From Paraspadella gotoi (Eukaryota > Animalia > Chaetognatha): a stretch of DNA of 64,000 nt. Both the position numbers and the translations under genes were made by a program. Location of the stretch: the NCBI GenBank assembly GCA_051294375.1, contig JBJCIZ010000239.1, positions 3,886,402-3,950,401 on the forward strand. Reading direction: 5' to 3'. The stretch's first letter is position 1. Each line of letters starts with the position of its first letter. Shown here in pieces: positions 61,711 through 64,000 of the stretch. A model generated the notes under the pieces. It ran no database searches. It had not been told where the DNA came from and saw only the letters and a program-made list of their open reading frames with translations.

Positions 61711-63594
61711 CCGCCCACGGCCACCTTCCCGCAACGCCTCCTCCATCGGCATTGCCGCGTAGATCTCTCCCTGTCACGTGACGCCTGCTTTCCCTCGGAG
61801 AAGTTGATCGTCCAGAAGAGTCGCCCCCGACGGAGAGGATCACGTGGGAGAAGCACGTGGTCGGAGACCCCAAAAGTTTGGCGCCGAGTAGGCGGCGTTT
61901 AATGTCGAAGCGGCGTCGTTTGTTCGGCCGTTGTCGACGGTCGATTGGATATCGCGTCATTTATGCGAATCCGGCCGTCGAGTTGAAGTTATCTTGCAAA
62001 ATGTCTTTTTGATTGGCGCGACCCTTCCAGAGTCTTCTTCGTGAAGCAAGTTTGATAAATCGAGGCATCTTTATCCCGTGTCGTCGCCCGGAGCCCTCGT
62101 TGATTTACGGCGTCGGTCGAGCGTCGTCTAAAACATTTCCCATAAATTGAGCATGAAATAATCTACATTGAAATCCTCTCGCGAAAATTCTCTCGTCGTC
62201 ATTCGTTCCGACCGAGTTCTTTCCCAACCAGATGACAGAGGAAAGATTCGATAAACAAACTCGGCCCTTCCTCTCCACCAGGAGGATTCGACGGGACAAT
62301 TCGAGCTTACCGCGCGATGACACTCCTCGTCACTCATGGATTTGGCAAATAAAGTGCCAAAAAGGTCGCGTCGAGGGTCTCGGGGTTCGAAATCCAGTCT
62401 TCCTACTCATGAGGGTAATTCACGTAAGCGCCAGTAAGAGAGAATTGAAGTCCGGCCAAGACGGAGTCACGAAACCTCGCCGCCCGACTCGTTGCGTAAG
62501 AGTCTTAAATCTCCACGGAAGTCCGGCAGCGATCCGAGTCGGGGACTCCGCTCTTCAAGCCGGAGCACGCGGCAGAGCCGCCAGCGTGCGCCAGGCATCA
62601 CCCGGAGGCCCTGAAGCGTCCCGTGCAGCTTGCCAGCCGTGAAGGCGGCAGCCGGCGAAGCAGCTCGTCCAGATGGGCGGCGCTCCATTCGATGGGGACT
62701 GATTATCGACGCCTATCGATCGTGGGCCTCGCGACGGCGTCCATTTCAGCAGAGGGGGGTCGCCGGTTAAAGAAGCGAAGGAAGCAGGTGGCAACTCGCG
62801 GCGGTCCGCAACCGGAACGCTCGTCTCCATAGCAACGCGAGATGCAGCATCATACTTCTCGAAGGAGATATTCCTATTAACTTTTCGCTCGAGAGAACTT
62901 CCCACGTAAGAGGGCGCCAGTTTGATCGTCCGAATTGCGTCGCCATCTAATCGAGGTTTTCGCCGCTCAATTCGTCCCATGGAGTCGAATCACACCACGC
63001 CATCATACTTGAGTTTGCCGTCACCGATGGAGTGAAAGGAAAGTGACAGAATTAGGCAAAGCCGACGATGGGTTGCTATTCCGCCGTCACGCGTCGCTGC
63101 AATGCTGTCGAGACGGAGCTTTGAACAGCTTCATCCCTCCACAACCAATGAGCGGAACCCGAGGTCTCGTTGAACAGTTTCGAAAATCATCCTCGCATCG
63201 ACGACTCAGGTCGTCTGTGTCCAGAAGGCCTCCCAAGTCTAAGGAAAATACGTTTCCATCTCTCGAAATACAACAAAAACGCTGTCGAGGCCGTTCGCCG
63301 CGCCGACGCTCGCGGGATCGCGCATCCGCAAGCATCCGGCCGCCCGCAGGCGACGCGGCACAGCGCTGCCGTCTCACGCAGCATACCTGCAAGGCGCCCC
63401 GGGAGGGGCCCGGGGGCGCCCGGGCTCTCGACGAAAAATGCGACGGCAGGAGATCAGGAGCCGGGCGAGATGCTGCCGTGACTGCGTGGAAGGCTTCCAT
63501 CGCCTCCAGAGGTCGTGTGAGTCGGTCACGTGGACGACCGAGAGGAACGCGTTGGACTTTGAAGATCGAAACTTCGTTGTCGAACGGATGAGAT
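61711..63594 (-). CDS. Large GC-rich probable exon(s), many indel errors; weak neuron navigator/CTTNBP2-like similarity
   Basis: 1.9 kb GC-rich, non-repetitive block preceded by a pyrimidine tract and followed by GTTGAG. Peptide fragments HWLWRDEAV, STPWDEL, HLDELLRRL, DLFGTLFAKS, KLELSRRILL and MEEALREG recall NAV/CTTNBP2 motifs. No continuous ORF. Confidence 0.4.
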
Positions 63595-64000
63595 CGAGGA
63601 GGAAGAAGAGAAGAGGAGAAAGACAAGAGTGCAACGTACGCTTGAAGATAGGAGTTTATGAGCTCCATTGTAATTTATTTATTTTATTTATTTTATTTAT
63701 TTGTTTATATTAATTTAGTTGTTCTACTAATTTTTTATTTTTTCATTTTTTATTTCGTCTCTTCTGTTTTAGTATCGTCGGTCTCATTTATATTTTCTTC
63801 ATGACTATTAACTATTAACACTTTACAACTGTAATTATATACAGTGTAATACAGTAATATATACAGTGTATAGTAATACAGTAAAGTAAACAAAACTTTA
63901 ACAACGTTGAACGACAATAGGTAATATGTATTTATAACATTTAACACCAATTATCTTATGGAACAAAACAAGATTTCGAAGTCCTATACTAAAGCATTTT

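Noticed and set aside
62232-63713. Plus-strand ORFs in the terminal GC-rich block
   Set aside because: Arg/Ser/Ala-rich shadow frames; splice signals and the pyrimidine tract point to the minus strand.

Overview
Eukaryotic (most likely invertebrate animal) genomic DNA: AT-rich, saturated with (GA)n/(CT)n and trinucleotide microsatellites, from an error-prone, gap-filled assembly. Several kb-scale direct and inverted duplications flank 25-N gaps and are probably artefactual. Three protein-coding loci are supported: (1) an intronless 773-aa multi-pass membrane protein with XK-related (Xkr) motifs (minus strand, 1323-3644); (2) a plus-strand gene of at least 13 visible exons (28693-41714) for a secreted Cys/Gly-rich protein with at least 7 VWC-type domains and 9 copies of a GxxxDGxPCxxGxPGC repeat, partly re-copied at 25949-26713 and inverted at 48246-50613; (3) the noisy 3' part of a minus-strand gene (59736-63594) with weak neuron-navigator/CTTNBP2-like motifs. 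Repeats include Helentron-type HINEs, a MITE family with a degenerate TTAGGG-like core, a Kolobok-like foldback element and a TG...CA TIR element family. The main observation is that intron 1 of the VWC gene is essentially one copy of this TIR element plus its GGTT target-site duplication, which supplies the splice sites (an introner-like, transposon-created intron). Other introns show junction repeats and G-rich 5'/C-rich 3' ends. All family assignments are by eye; no database search was run.
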